The notes below the pieces were generated by a model. The model was given only the letters and a program-made list of their open reading frames with translations, had not been told where the DNA came from and ran no database searches. A stretch of DNA of 64,000 bases from positions 32,674,001-32,738,000 of the forward strand of contig NC_086122.1 in NCBI RefSeq assembly GCF_963921235.1, read 5' to 3'. Source of the DNA: Mobula hypostoma. Lineage: Eukaryota. Below are positions 52,620-64,000 of this stretch, in pieces (position 1 is the first letter of the stretch; each line of letters starts with the position of its first letter). The position numbers and the translations under genes were made by a program.

Positions 52620-53760
52620 GTTGCGTCCCTGCTCTAAGACTCATGATTACATCACTGACCACCTCGCCCGATTAATAAGACAGGGATGGAACCGCTCTCA
52701 TTTAAACTCCAGGTAACCTTGCACATTTCCGACAGCGCAGCCCTGTCACGGCCCGTGTCTGACCGCAAAGCTCCGCTGGCGAACGGCACCCAAGCTTCAG
52801 CACTTGGACGGCGCAGTCAGTCTGCAGGAGGAGCCGAGTACACGCAGTGCTGTGGCTTTCTCGTTTACTATGCCGTTGATCAGAGAGAAAAAAAAATAGG
52901 ATCACGATGCTCCCTGCTCACTTGATATGGTTCAGGAGATGTCGCGCCCCGTGGAATTCCGCACTAAACCGCGGCTCCCTCGCAGAAAGGAAATTCCTGT
53001 GTGACGCGCCTGGTGACTGCGCACCCGCAGATAATCTCTTAGCATCTCGTCCCAGGATGAGGTGCGATGGGTGGTGTCGGAGGGAAAAACTGATCTAATC
53101 TAATCTTAGAATCTGCCGCGATTCCAGCCCCAGCACAATCAGGGTAAGAGGCGGCTCAGCGTGTTTTATAATCAGTAGTACCAGTGCGATAAAAGAATGT
53201 CTGCGATATGTTGGAAAATGCTGCAGTTTATCTGGCGTGTTCAATTGTATTGGTCCCTGAAAATCGCCAAATCTGCCCAACGCAGTCTAATTTCCACGGG
53301 GCTACAGAATGCTGAATAATGTTCAGATACAAGAATTTGCTGATTAAGGAAAGAAGTATTTAAAAATGAAATAGGGTGTAGATGTTTTATTATAAATGGC
53401 TTGTATTTATTTAAGAGATCCAAGGACCACCCCCCCCCCCCCGGTCTTTATTACTTTAGTTCTTTCATCTGCTCAATCAGACCTGCTGTTCAACGGGTTC
53501 GGTTTTCATTGTGGATAAAGGCTAAAAATTTCCGAAATGTGAAGGCATTTTCAAGCTTGCAGTTCACCTGGGCCACCTGCTCTGCATGCAAGAATTAAAC
53601 TGTCACACTTGTATCTCCGCTTCCTGTTTGCTCAGAGATCTCAATGGGTTCAGCTTAGACTGCCTTAAACTATAGTTACACTGATTTTGAGAGCCGCACT
53701 GTCACAAGACCCGGTAGGTATTATAACGCGGATATTTAAATATGTAACTCTATTTGCAGA
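52620..53760. promoter_or_regulatory. Orphan CpG-rich island, candidate promoter/enhancer
   Basis: Non-repeat, CpG-retaining; kappaB-like, CRE-half, IRF-like and ETS-like motifs; plus-strand donor CCG|GTAGGT at 53713. Confidence 0.45.
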
Positions 53761-54967
53761 AAGACGGGGAGTGTCTGACATTGCTAGGAATGTGTCCTGG
53801 TTGAAAATGACACGGGTCAGAAGTGTTATTCCGGTACACTAGCAATATTTGAATGTTCTGACATAACCATCTTGCCATTAGACTTTTAAATTCACGTTTG
53901 TACATTGCGACGGGGTCATAACGCAAGGATTTTTATTCCCTCACGTGGGATAGATGTAAGATTTAAATAGATTCTAAATGTGTGCAATTTCGAATAGATA
54001 AAATTGCAAACTCTTCGTGCATTAGTGTAACATATGTCCCCCTTGATCGTATTATTGGATTATTTAGAGAAACAGCACGGAATAGGATAGGGCCTGCCCG
54101 CCGCGCCACCCAGCAACCCCTAATCTAACCTAACCTAACCTCGGGGCAATTTGCAATGACCAATTAACCTGCCAATTGGCGGGACTTTGTACTGTGCGAG
54201 GAAACCGTAGCACCGCGGAGAAAACCCGCGCATTCGACAGGGAGCAGGTTGACGCCTTAGTGGATTGAACCCTGACCCCTGAACCCTGAACCCTGACTCG
54301 GGCGTCGCGCTAACCCCGCGGTCTCATCGTTTACAAACACTGTGGATGAGATGTATATAAATGGTTCACTGCCCTCTGAAGAAATTCAAGCAAGTCTTTC
54401 TCATTCTTTTTTTAAAAATATATATTTTACTAATAACGGTAATTCGACCCATTGCATCAATGCTGGTACTCAGAGCAATCCCATCAATCTCCTCACTTAT
54501 TTTCCCTATAACCTGTTCACGCCCTCCTGCCTCTGGTACCATTCGCTAGAGGCAATTTACAACAGCTGGTTAACCCACTAAGCAGCATGGAGAATGTGCA
54601 GACTTGATACAGACAGCACTAGAGGTTGGGATCAAACTTGGGTCAGCGGAGCTGTGAGACAACCCCCCTCTATCTGTGTCCATACAGAGGTGAAATTGTG
54701 TGAGGGAACGTGAACTGGTTGCATCACTGTCGAGGAGAGAGGAGCCACACTGCGCAGGATTGGGGAAAAACCTGCAGGAATTGTAAACTCGGTCAGCTCT
54801 CTCAGCCTTCCCAGCATCTAGGACACCAATCCCTCAGAAAGGGGGCATCTGTCATTAAGGTTCCCCCATTACTCGGGATATGCCCTCTTTTCGTTGCTAC
54901 GATCAAGGAGGAGGTACAGAAGCCTGAAGGCTCCCACTTAACATTTCAGGAACAGCTTCTTCCACAG

Positions 54968-56660
54968 GACCATAAGACAGAGGAGCAGAATTAGGCTATC
55001 TGGCCTTTGAGTCTGCTCTGCCATTCAATCATGGCTGATCCTTTTTTCTTCTCCTCCTCAACCCCAGTTCCCGGCCTTCTCCCTGTAACCTTTGATGCCA
55101 TGTCCAATCAAGAACCTATCAATCTGTGCCTTAAATACACCCAATGACCCGGCCTCCACAGCTGCCTGTGGTAACAAATTCCACAAATTCACCACCCTTT
55201 GGCTATAGAAATTTCTCTGCATCTCTGTTTTGAAAGGGCACCCCTCTATCCTGAGGTTGTGCCCTCTTGTCCTAGATTCTCCCACCATGGGAAGCATCCT
55301 TTCCACATCTACTCTGTCTAGGGCTTTCAACATTTGAAAAGTTTCAATGAGATCCCCCCTCGTCCTTCTGAATTCCGGCGAGTACAGCCCCAGAGCCATC
55401 AAATGTTCCTCGTATGATAACCATTTCATTCCTGGAATCATCCTTGTGAACCTCCTCAGGACCCTCTCCAATGCCAGCACATCTTTTCTAAGATGAGGGG
55501 CACAAAACTGTTTACAATACTCAAGGTGAGGACTCACCAGTGCCTCATAAAGCCTTAGCATCACATCCTTGCTCTTGTATTCTAGACCTCTTGAAATGAA
55601 TGCTAGCATGGCATTTGCCTTCCTCACCCTCGACTCATCCTGCAAATTAACCTGTAGGGTGTTCTGCACAAGGACTCCCAAGTCTTTTTGCATCTCAGAT
55701 TTTTGGATTTTCTCCCCGTTCAGAAAATAGTCTGCACATTTTTCTACTACCAAAGTGCATGACCATGCATTTCCAACATTATATTTCATTTGCCACTTTC
55801 TTGCCCATTCTCCTAATCTGTCTAAGTCCTTCTGCATCCTACCTATTTCCTCAGTACTACCTGCCCCTCCACCAATCTTCATATCATCTACAAACTTGGC
55901 AACAAAGCTATCTATTCCATCATCTAAATCATTTATATACAACATAAAAAGAAGTGGTCCCAACACCGACCCCTGTGGAACACCACTAGTCACTGGCAGC
56001 CAACCAGAAAAGGATCCTTTTATTCCCACTTGCTGCCTTCTGCCAATCAGCCAAGGCTCTAACCAACTTTCCTGTAATACCAAATGCTCTTAACTTGGTA
56101 AGCAGCCTCATGTGTGGCACCTTGTCAAGGGCCTTCTGAAAATCCAGATATACAACATCCACTGCATCCTCTTTATCTATCCTAATTGTAATCTCCGCAA
56201 AGAATTCCAACAGATTAATCAGGCAAGATTTTCCCTGAAGGAAACCATGCTGTCTTTGTACTATCTTGTCCTGTGTCACCAAGTACTCCATCACCTCATC
56301 CTTAACAATTGACTCTAACATCTTCCCAACAACTGAGGACATGCTAACTGGTCTATAATTTCCTTTCTGCTGCCTTCCTCCTTTCTTAAAGAGCAGAGTG
56401 ACATTTGCAATTTTCCAGTCCTCTGACACCATGACAGAGTCCAGTGATTTTTGATAGATAATTTCTAATGCTACCACAATCTCTAATGCTACCTCTTTCA
56501 GAACCTAGGTTGCAGTTCCTGTGGTCCGTGTGACTTATCTACCTTTAGGTCTTTTAGCTTTTTGAGCTACAACATCAGGCATACTGCTAGTGTCTTCCAC
56601 AGTGAAGTCTGATGCAAAATATTCATTTAGTTCATCAGCCATCTCCTTGTCCCCCATTAT
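54968..56660 (-). mobile_element. CR1 LINE ORF2 3' half, nested in a Rex/L2 fragment
   Basis: NYRPVS, QHGF, DFQKALDKV, SGVPQGSVLGPLLF, KFVDD motifs; host LINE resumes on both sides. Confidence 0.93.
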
Positions 56661-58251
56661 TACTTCTCTCTGCCATCAGATTTCTGAATGGACAATGAAC
56701 CCATAAACACTACCTTACTATTTTTCCTGTACTTTTGTTACACTACTTAATTTATTTTTTACATCTGTTTCCTATTGTAAGTTATAGTTTTAAAAATTAT
56801 GCATGTGCAATGTATGGCTGCCACAAAACAACAAATTTCCTGACGTGAATTTTATTGTCATTTAACTATATACATGTATACTGTCAAACAGGGCCTTTCT
56901 CCAACCCAGGGTGTAAAGCACACATAACACGCAACAACTTATGAAAGTAAGGATAAAATCTACACATAAATTAAATATTGTCAGGTACAGAACAGATTAA
57001 CCAGTGATTCTGATTCTGAACAAACACCAGGATTTCTTTTTAAAGATGAGTATCTACAAACTGGCATTTTCTGAACGGTGGGAATACACTGAAGTACTTG
57101 TGTGCTGGTAGCCATTTCATTTGTTGCTGAAGTGGCCATAATGCTTGAGCGAATTTAGACAATGAATGTAAGCGGGCTTCAATGTCAAAGGCTTCTGCTA
57201 ACTCTGGCATGTTCTAAATTTTCCTCAATTCTGCAGGTTTATTGATCTGAAATGTTAACCTTTGTTTTCTCGATGTATATTTGTTGCCTGATCCATGGAT
57301 TATCTCCAGTACTACAATGTTTTTGTTTCTGAATTCCTGCAACTATAGTGTTCTGCTTTTCAGCTTACCATCAATACACAATTTGCTCTCCAGTAGCATT
57401 GGATCTCATTACAACCTTGTTCCATAAGGATGACATTTTCGAATCCAAATTGTAATAGCACAGTGAGCTTCATTGTTAATGATTTAAAATAAGGCGTTAA
57501 CGAAACACAATCTGATAAAATTGTTTGCTCTCCTATTGGAAGGATAAAAAATTTGACCGACTGCTTGTTATTTATCAAGCATAAATGTACAAAGTTTATG
57601 CTTCAAGGTTACATGGATAAAAGAAATGGGGGGGGGGCTATGGGAAAGGGAAGGGTTAAGTTGATATTAGAGTGGTTTAAAAGGTTGGCACGACATCGTG
57701 GGCTGACGGGACTGTACTGTTATGTTAGTACGTAAAGTGAGTTATTCATAGAGTTCTACTCCAAAGCAATATATAGGGCGAACATCTTTCCAATGAAGAC
57801 TTAAGTATTCAAAGTTCAAAGTAAATTTATTGAAGTACGTATGTCATCATATACAACTCTGAGATTCATTTTCTTTTGGGCATATTCAATAAATACAGTA
57901 ACCATAACAGACTCAATGAAAGATTGCACCAGCAGGGCAGACAGCCAGTGTGCACAAAACAGAAAGAAAGAAGAAAAAAAGAAATATCAATTAGAAATAA
58001 ATAAACAATAGACGTTGAGAAGATGAGATGACGAGTTCTTAAAAGTAAGGAGTTTATATGTTCTCCTATGACCACATGGGTTTCCCTCCCATAGTCCAAA
58101 GGCGTACAAGTTAGTAGGTTAATTGGCCATTGTAAATTGTCCTGTGACTACGCTGGGATTAAATTGGGCGATTGCTGGATGGTGTGACTCAAAGGGCCGG
58201 CCTATTCCACGCTGTATATCAATAAATTTTTTAAAATTAACTTAAAATTTT

Positions 58252-58815
58252 AAATGTAAACAGGAAGAATTCTGCAGATGCTGGAAATTCAAGCAACACA
58301 CATCAAAGTTGCTGGTGAATGCAGCAGGCCAGGCAGCATCTCTAGGAAGAGGTACAGTTGACATTTCGGGCCGAGACCCTTCGTCAGGACTAACTGAAGG
58401 AAGAGCTAGTAAGAGATTTGAAAGTGGGAGGGGGAGAGGGAGATCCAAAATGATAGGAGAAGACAGGAGGGGGAGGGATGGAGCCAAGAGCTCCCTCTGT
58501 CCCCCTGACTATACCCCTTGCCCATCCTCTGGGTTTCCCCCCTCCCCCCTTTTCCTTCTCCCTGGGCCTCCTGTCCCATGATCCTCTCATATCCCTTTTG
58601 CCAATCACCTGTCCAGCTCTTGGCTCCATCCCTCCCCCTCCTGTCTTCTCCTATCATTTTGGATCTCCCCCTCCCACTCCCACTTTCAAATCTCTTACTA
58701 GCTCTTCCTTCAGTTAGTCCTGACGAAGGGTCTCGGCCCGAAACGTCAACTGTACCTCTTCCTAGAGATGCTGCCTGGCCTGCTGCGTTCACCAGCAACT
58801 TTGATGTGTGTTGCT
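58252..58815. mobile_element. Fold-back Penelope pLTR derivative with about 200-bp inverted arms
   Basis: Arms about 58291-58491 and 58612-58815 are near-perfect reverse complements; CTTAAAATTTT flanks both sides. Confidence 0.88.
58715..58752 (+). ncRNA. Minimal type I hammerhead ribozyme motif (Penelope-type); mirror copy on minus strand at about 58355-58392
   Basis: TAGTC-CTGACGA-A-GGGTCTCGGCCC-GAAAC-GTC-AACTG: CUGANGA and GAAA core, 4-bp stem II, palindromic ACGT stem III, GUC cleavage triplet; one stem I mismatch in this copy. Confidence 0.7.
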
Positions 58816-60064
58816 TAAAATTTTCAATATTCAGGTTCATTGGTAAAAATGCGTCTCATTTTTGTACAGTATAAAGAATACATATGGCTCAATTAACTCT
58901 TTAGTATTTTAATTTATCTCAGTGATAAAGAAACATCTGACAGTATACACAGGGCTTTAGAGGGAGATATGAGAGTGGGGAATGTCAGATAACGTTTCCG
59001 CTTTGGAACTCTACCAGGCAATGTGTATTTGCGAGACAAAGGCAGGTGTATCAATACAGAGCCATCTGGTTCTCCTCCACATTGCATATCATGCTGACTT
59101 GTAAATTTGTGGGTCTGGCAGATCTGTATCCTCTTCTCACTGCTGCCATCCGGTAGAAAGTACAGGAGCCTCAGGACTTGCACCACCAGCTTCAAGAGCA
59201 GTTTCTACCTCCCCAGCCAACAGGTTCTTGAATAAAAGGGGATAACTACACTCAACTTCACTTGCCCTATCGCTGAGATGTTCCCACAACCAATGATCTC
59301 ACTTTAAGGACTCTTTATCTCATTATCTCATGTTCTCATTATTTATTGCTATTTATTTATATTTGCATTTGCACAGTCTGTTGTCTTCTGCACTCTAGTT
59401 GATCTTTCATTGATCCTGTTATAGTTACTATTCCATAGATTTGCTGAGTTTGCCCACAAGAAGATGAATCTCAGGGTTGTACATGGTGACGTATACGTAC
59501 TTTGAAAATAAAACTTACTTTGAACTCTCCAGTAGTACTTTCAGTAGGATTACAGTGGTTCAAGAAGATGGCTACCATTGCCCTCTCAAGGACAATCAGA
59601 TAGCCTGTAAATTCTGTCCTGGCCGGCAGTGGCCAGTTCTCAAAAATAAAGACTAAATTACACGTTTTCTAAATGTGCTTGTCTCGTATAAATTTGTTAC
59701 TCTGCTTTTCCTTTTTCTTTTTTCTCCTCACTTTTAATCTAATCTTTCAGCCTTGTTATTTTCCTCTCTGTAATTAATTTTAATGTTAAATTCTATCCCT
59801 TTTTGTCCCTGATACATTATTTATTTCTCAAGCCTTAAGTCTTATTGATTAAAGAGATATGCCATTTGTCCCGTTGTTCAGAATGCTCTATTGCCCTCAC
59901 TCATTGTTAACAACTTGCAGTTCCACAAGTTTTGTGTGCAATTTATCTCGCTAACATGGCAATCTGCAAGAAACTCCACTCTGGCAGATGTCTGAATATG
60001 TTTTGTTAAATTGATAAAGTAGTTCAAAGATTCGAAGAACACTTATTACCAAAGTATGTATGCA

Positions 60065-61010
60065 GTTTTGTTGTTTCATATGGCAGGTGTTCTTTCTCTT
60101 CACACTTCTAATTGTTTTTTTGTCAAGCCACTCCTCCAGCTTACGGCTGAGCAGTCTCAGGTCTTGGTGAGAGGGCATGTTTGGACCAGCTGGAGGACAT
60201 CTTGGGTTGGGGCACCACAGGGGCAAGCTGGGGTTTCTCGGGCACCCCATCGTTGTAGTGTTTGCGCTGCTCTGGCATGTCGACTACTGAGTGTATCTGC
60301 GGCTGTCCAGTTTTTTTTCTAGTGGCTGTAATAAAGCCCGGGCGGAGCGAGGTAAGGTCGTTGATCAGATCTCCGCCAGGGTTTGTGGGGGGGGAGTGTG
60401 AAACATGTTGGTGTGCCAGTATTGGCACCATTCAGTGTGTTCATCATAGGAGTCGAGGTTTTTCAAGTTGTAGAAAGGTTTTCAGGAGTTGAGTTGGGAA
60501 GTTGGAGTGTTTTCGACAAGTTTACGAACTGGAATGTTGTTGGGCATATTTTGGATAGAAGCTGCTCTTCTACAGATCTCCAGGGGTGTTATTCCGCTCT
60601 TTGCTGGGAGCCATTGGAGAGGTGTGGATTTTTGGGCTCCTGAGATTTTTCTCGAAGTATGGAGCTGTGTATTAATGTTGTTTGTGTGAGCACTTCTCTC
60701 CCAGGTGGGTGTGCAATATTCGGCGACTGAGAAACGTAGTGCTAGGCTAGATGTTCGTAGAACTGACTGGTCAGCACCCCGTTTGGTTCCTGCTATCTTC
60801 CTGATCATGGCCGTTCTGGATTTTAGTTTCTTTGCAACATTTTGAACGTGACTTGTATGAGGGAGTTCGATCTAGTGTGACACCTATATACTTCGGGTGT
60901 GGATCGTTGGGCAGTTGTTTGTCTTTTAGTTTGAGATTAAGTTTGGTTGGTTGTCCAGATGAGATATGGAAGTTACTGCTTTGTTGACATTCATACTTAG
61001 ATACCACTTT
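60065..61010 (-). mobile_element. Vingi/Ingi-like (or RTEX) LINE 3' portion
   Basis: PKYIGVTLDRT, LRTSSLAL..SVAEYCTPTWERSAH, TPLQWLP motifs; GCCATATGAAACAAC 3' end. Confidence 0.75.
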
Positions 61011-61923
61011 GAGAAGTAGTTGGATAGGGAGTTGATACCTTGGGGTAAGGTTTTTTCCCCAATGGATTTGACATTGTTCGATTAGAAGGCTATGCAGGAA
61101 ACAGCCCTGAGATTCATGTACCCACGAAAAGCGAAAAACACAGAATATTAAAACAAAATTGAAAGAGTCCAAACATATTCAGTTCAGGTTCAGCCTAGCT
61201 GTATATTTGGTTATCTGCAGACCCAGTATTCTGCCGGCATCGAAGAAGAGATTGTTTGAACACAAGGACCTTCCATTGGGAGCAGTGAGCAAGAGGCTGG
61301 TAGATGCCGCAGTTCTGTTTTTTGGTAAATCATTACTGGATGTCAAACTAAACCATTTATTTGTGCACCCAGTGTTGTTAATAAGGAATATCCAAATTGC
61401 GTTCGAGATTTTGTGATAGTTACTATACAACAATTAAGAAATAACTTGAATTTTAATATTTATTACAGAACACTAATAGATTCCCGGAGATTCAGTGGCT
61501 ATCAATGTCCTATCCAGGCTAGTCTAATTAATGTTTTAAACACTTGAATATGTGAGTGCCTTGCGGCTTTGCCTTGTCATCTATCTGTGGAAAAGATTTT
61601 CTGTGATAAGAGGTACTTAAAATCTGGCTACCATGGTTACGAATTCAACCTCCAGATGAGATCAGCTTGCTCCTAGACACTGCATGGATGAAAAACATTG
61701 TTCAGCAGCATTAAGGTGAAAAGTTGTGCCTCCAGCCCACACTCTGTACCTCTCCTGCTTACTTTCTTGCCAGCATCTCTCTGTAGTTGATTTTAACCCT
61801 TAGACCAAGTGCCTCCCACAATATTACCTGGCTCCAGAGCAAGCTAGTTGAGACCATACAAGCAACCATAATGATTCTCCTTTCTTTAAATTGTTGAGTA
61901 GCAAGGAGCACAGTTTTTGCTTG

Positions 61924-62170
61924 CAGACACTAGGAATTCTGCAGATGCTGGAAATTCAAGCAACACACATCAAAGTTGCTGGTGAACACAGCAGGCCAGG
62001 CAGCATCTCTAGGAAGAGGTACAGTCGACTTTTCGGGCCGACGAAACGTCCTGACGAGCTGTCAGGACACCTGTCCTGACGAAGGGTCTCGGCCTGAAAC
62101 TTTGACTGTACCTCTTCCTAGAGATGCTGCCTGGCCTGCTGTGTTCACCAGCAACTTTGATGTGTGTTGC
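61924..62170. mobile_element. Fold-back Penelope pLTR derivative with perfect 15-bp TSD
   Basis: CACAGTTTTTGCTTG at 61909-61923 and 62171-62185. Confidence 0.88.
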
Positions 62171-62924
62171 CACAGTTTTTGCTTGGCTTGCTGTCTGACC
62201 ACATGAAGGTTTGCATATTGTCTGGAGTATAAATAACGGATAAATCTTTGAGTCGTTTAGGTCTGTAAAATCTCATACAGTCAGCTGTGATACAGTATTG
62301 GAACTGTGTGTCCCCATTTTTATTTTTAAGCAGGACAATTAAACCTACTGAAGGTTGCCTATGATTTGAAACCTTTGACTCTGCCTCTGACAGTCCTAAC
62401 TTCACTTTTTTAATACTCTCATACCAGTAGTACAAAGAAATAGATGTTTCATTATTCACCTTTGACTAGCAATTCAACTGAACTGACCATCCCTGACTCA
62501 CCACCTGATACCGCAAGGGGTTCCCAGCCTGAGGTTCACACACCTTGCATAATGGTATTGGCCCATGGCATAAAAGAGTTTGGGAACCCCTGCTCTATAA
62601 GGTGCATATGGAATACTCTGTACCTGCATGGGTGCAGTACCTACAAATCTCAAGCTGCTTTACACCATCCAGAACAGAGCCGCCTGCTTAATTGGCATCC
62701 CATCAACTACCATAAACGTTTATTCTTAAACGTGTTGTGTAGCAGCTGCAGTGTATGCCAGCTATAAAATGCAACGCAGTTACCTGTCTAATGTGCTCTG
62801 AAGGTACCTCAGTCTACAGCCACAAAGGACAAGGACCATAGGGAACACAACCACACCTGCAGGTTCGTTGACAAATTGCCACACCTTCCTTGTTTGGAAG
62901 TGTACCACCTGTTGTCCATCATTC

Positions 62925-63545
62925 AAAGTTCAAAGTAAATTTGTTATCAAAGTATCACATACGTCACCATAACCCTGAGATATGTTGTCTTGTAGGCATA
63001 CTCATTAAACCCATAGAATAATAACCATAACAGGATCAATGAACAACTACATCTGGGTGTTTAACCAGTGTGGAAAAGACAACAAGCTGCAAATGCAAGA
63101 AGAAATAATAATGACAATAAATAAATAAGCAATAAATATTGAGACGTGAGATGACGAGTCCATAGGTTGTGGGAACATTTCAATGAAGTGAAGTTACCCC
63201 TTTGGTTCAAGAGCCTGATGGTTGAGGAGATGGTTGAGCTGTTCCTGAACCTGGTGGCGTGAGTCCTGAGGCTCCTGTACCACCTTCCTGATGGCAGCAG
63301 TAAGAAGAGATCATGCCCTGGCTACTGGGCTCCTCAATGATGCTTTTCTGCGACAACGTGTGGAATAAGTGCGCTCAATGCTGGCGAGGGCTTTCCTTGT
63401 GATGGACTGGACTGTATTCACTACATTTTGTAGGATTTTCCATTCAAGGGCATTGGTGTTTCCACACCAGGCTGTGATGCAGCCAGTTAGTATACTCTCC
63501 ACTACACACCTCTAGAAGTCTGTCAGTGTTTTAGATGTCATGCCA
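62925..63545 (-). mobile_element. Rex/L2-type LINE 3' portion
   Basis: ESILTGCITAWCG; TTCAAAGTTCAAAG end. Confidence 0.8.
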
Positions 63546-64000
63546 AAGCTTTGGTCTAATATTTGCAACTTCTCGATAGGGCAGGAACAACTTTACTATA
63601 TTACAAGGGTTCATGAAGGCATCTCACCACCACCTTCTTAAGGTCAATTCCTCTGCTTTCCAATTATGGCCAGATTCTAAATTTGGGGAATACCCGGCCA
63701 TGATATGGCCAATTAATTAATTTTCTCTTAATTTGGACTGCTGTATTGGTTCCCCATGACCCACCAAACAGACCATTATATCTTCTTCATCCCTACCACA
63801 TCCTATCATGATCATAGCCCACTCCTCACTTGGGGCTCTTCTTCAGCCAAATGGTCAAGCATACATCCAGTAGTAGTTTGACACACTGCGTTCTGCTCCA
63901 TCATTGCCTTCTGCATTATCTCATAAACTCTTTGACTCAGGTGCTCTATTCCCCTGGAGTTGCTACCTTGTTGCCCACCTTCAAGATTCCTCTTAACTTT

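Noticed and set aside
52796-52815. REST/NRSE-like TTCAGCACTTGGACGGCGCA
   Set aside because: Half-site spacing is 1 nt shorter than canonical and there are additional mismatches; not supportable.
55058-56477. Longest ORFs (341 and 163 aa) as a host gene or active RT
   Set aside because: CR1 ORF2 fragment, 5'-truncated and frameshifted, lacking the endonuclease.
58242-58874. Repeated ORFs of the type LVNAAGQAASLGRGTVD as a gene family
   Set aside because: They are translations of non-coding Penelope pLTR arms on either strand.

Overview
Vertebrate genomic DNA. The repeat landscape (V-SINE/HE1-type SINEs, CR1, Rex/Babar-L2, abundant Penelope pLTR fold-backs) points to a cartilaginous fish, probably a ray; this taxon call is inference. 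Two intact protein-coding genes are transcribed divergently. PDIA6 lies on the minus strand (coding exons 1-6 at 13262..1572; the gene runs off the left edge) and has a perfect ERSE in its promoter and a 67-bp minisatellite just upstream. A complete six-exon adenylate kinase 2 (AK2-like) gene lies on the plus strand (20494..39815, 241 aa) with a candidate alternative last exon at 45505. The rest is mostly decayed transposable elements: Penelope-like elements, CR1, Rex/L2, Vingi-like LINE, Tc1, mariner, Tigger, hAT/Buster, MITEs and an internally deleted Gypsy LTR element. There are two unexplained CpG-retaining non-repeat islands (about 47.0-47.4 kb and 52.6-53.8 kb). The most notable observations are (1) a family of short, TSD-flanked, fold-back Penelope derivatives carrying a minimal hammerhead ribozyme, and (2) an AK2 gene beside PDIA6 with a divergent LID region, which suggests a retained whole-genome-duplication paralog. 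All calls were made by eye, with no database searches; repeat boundaries are approximate.
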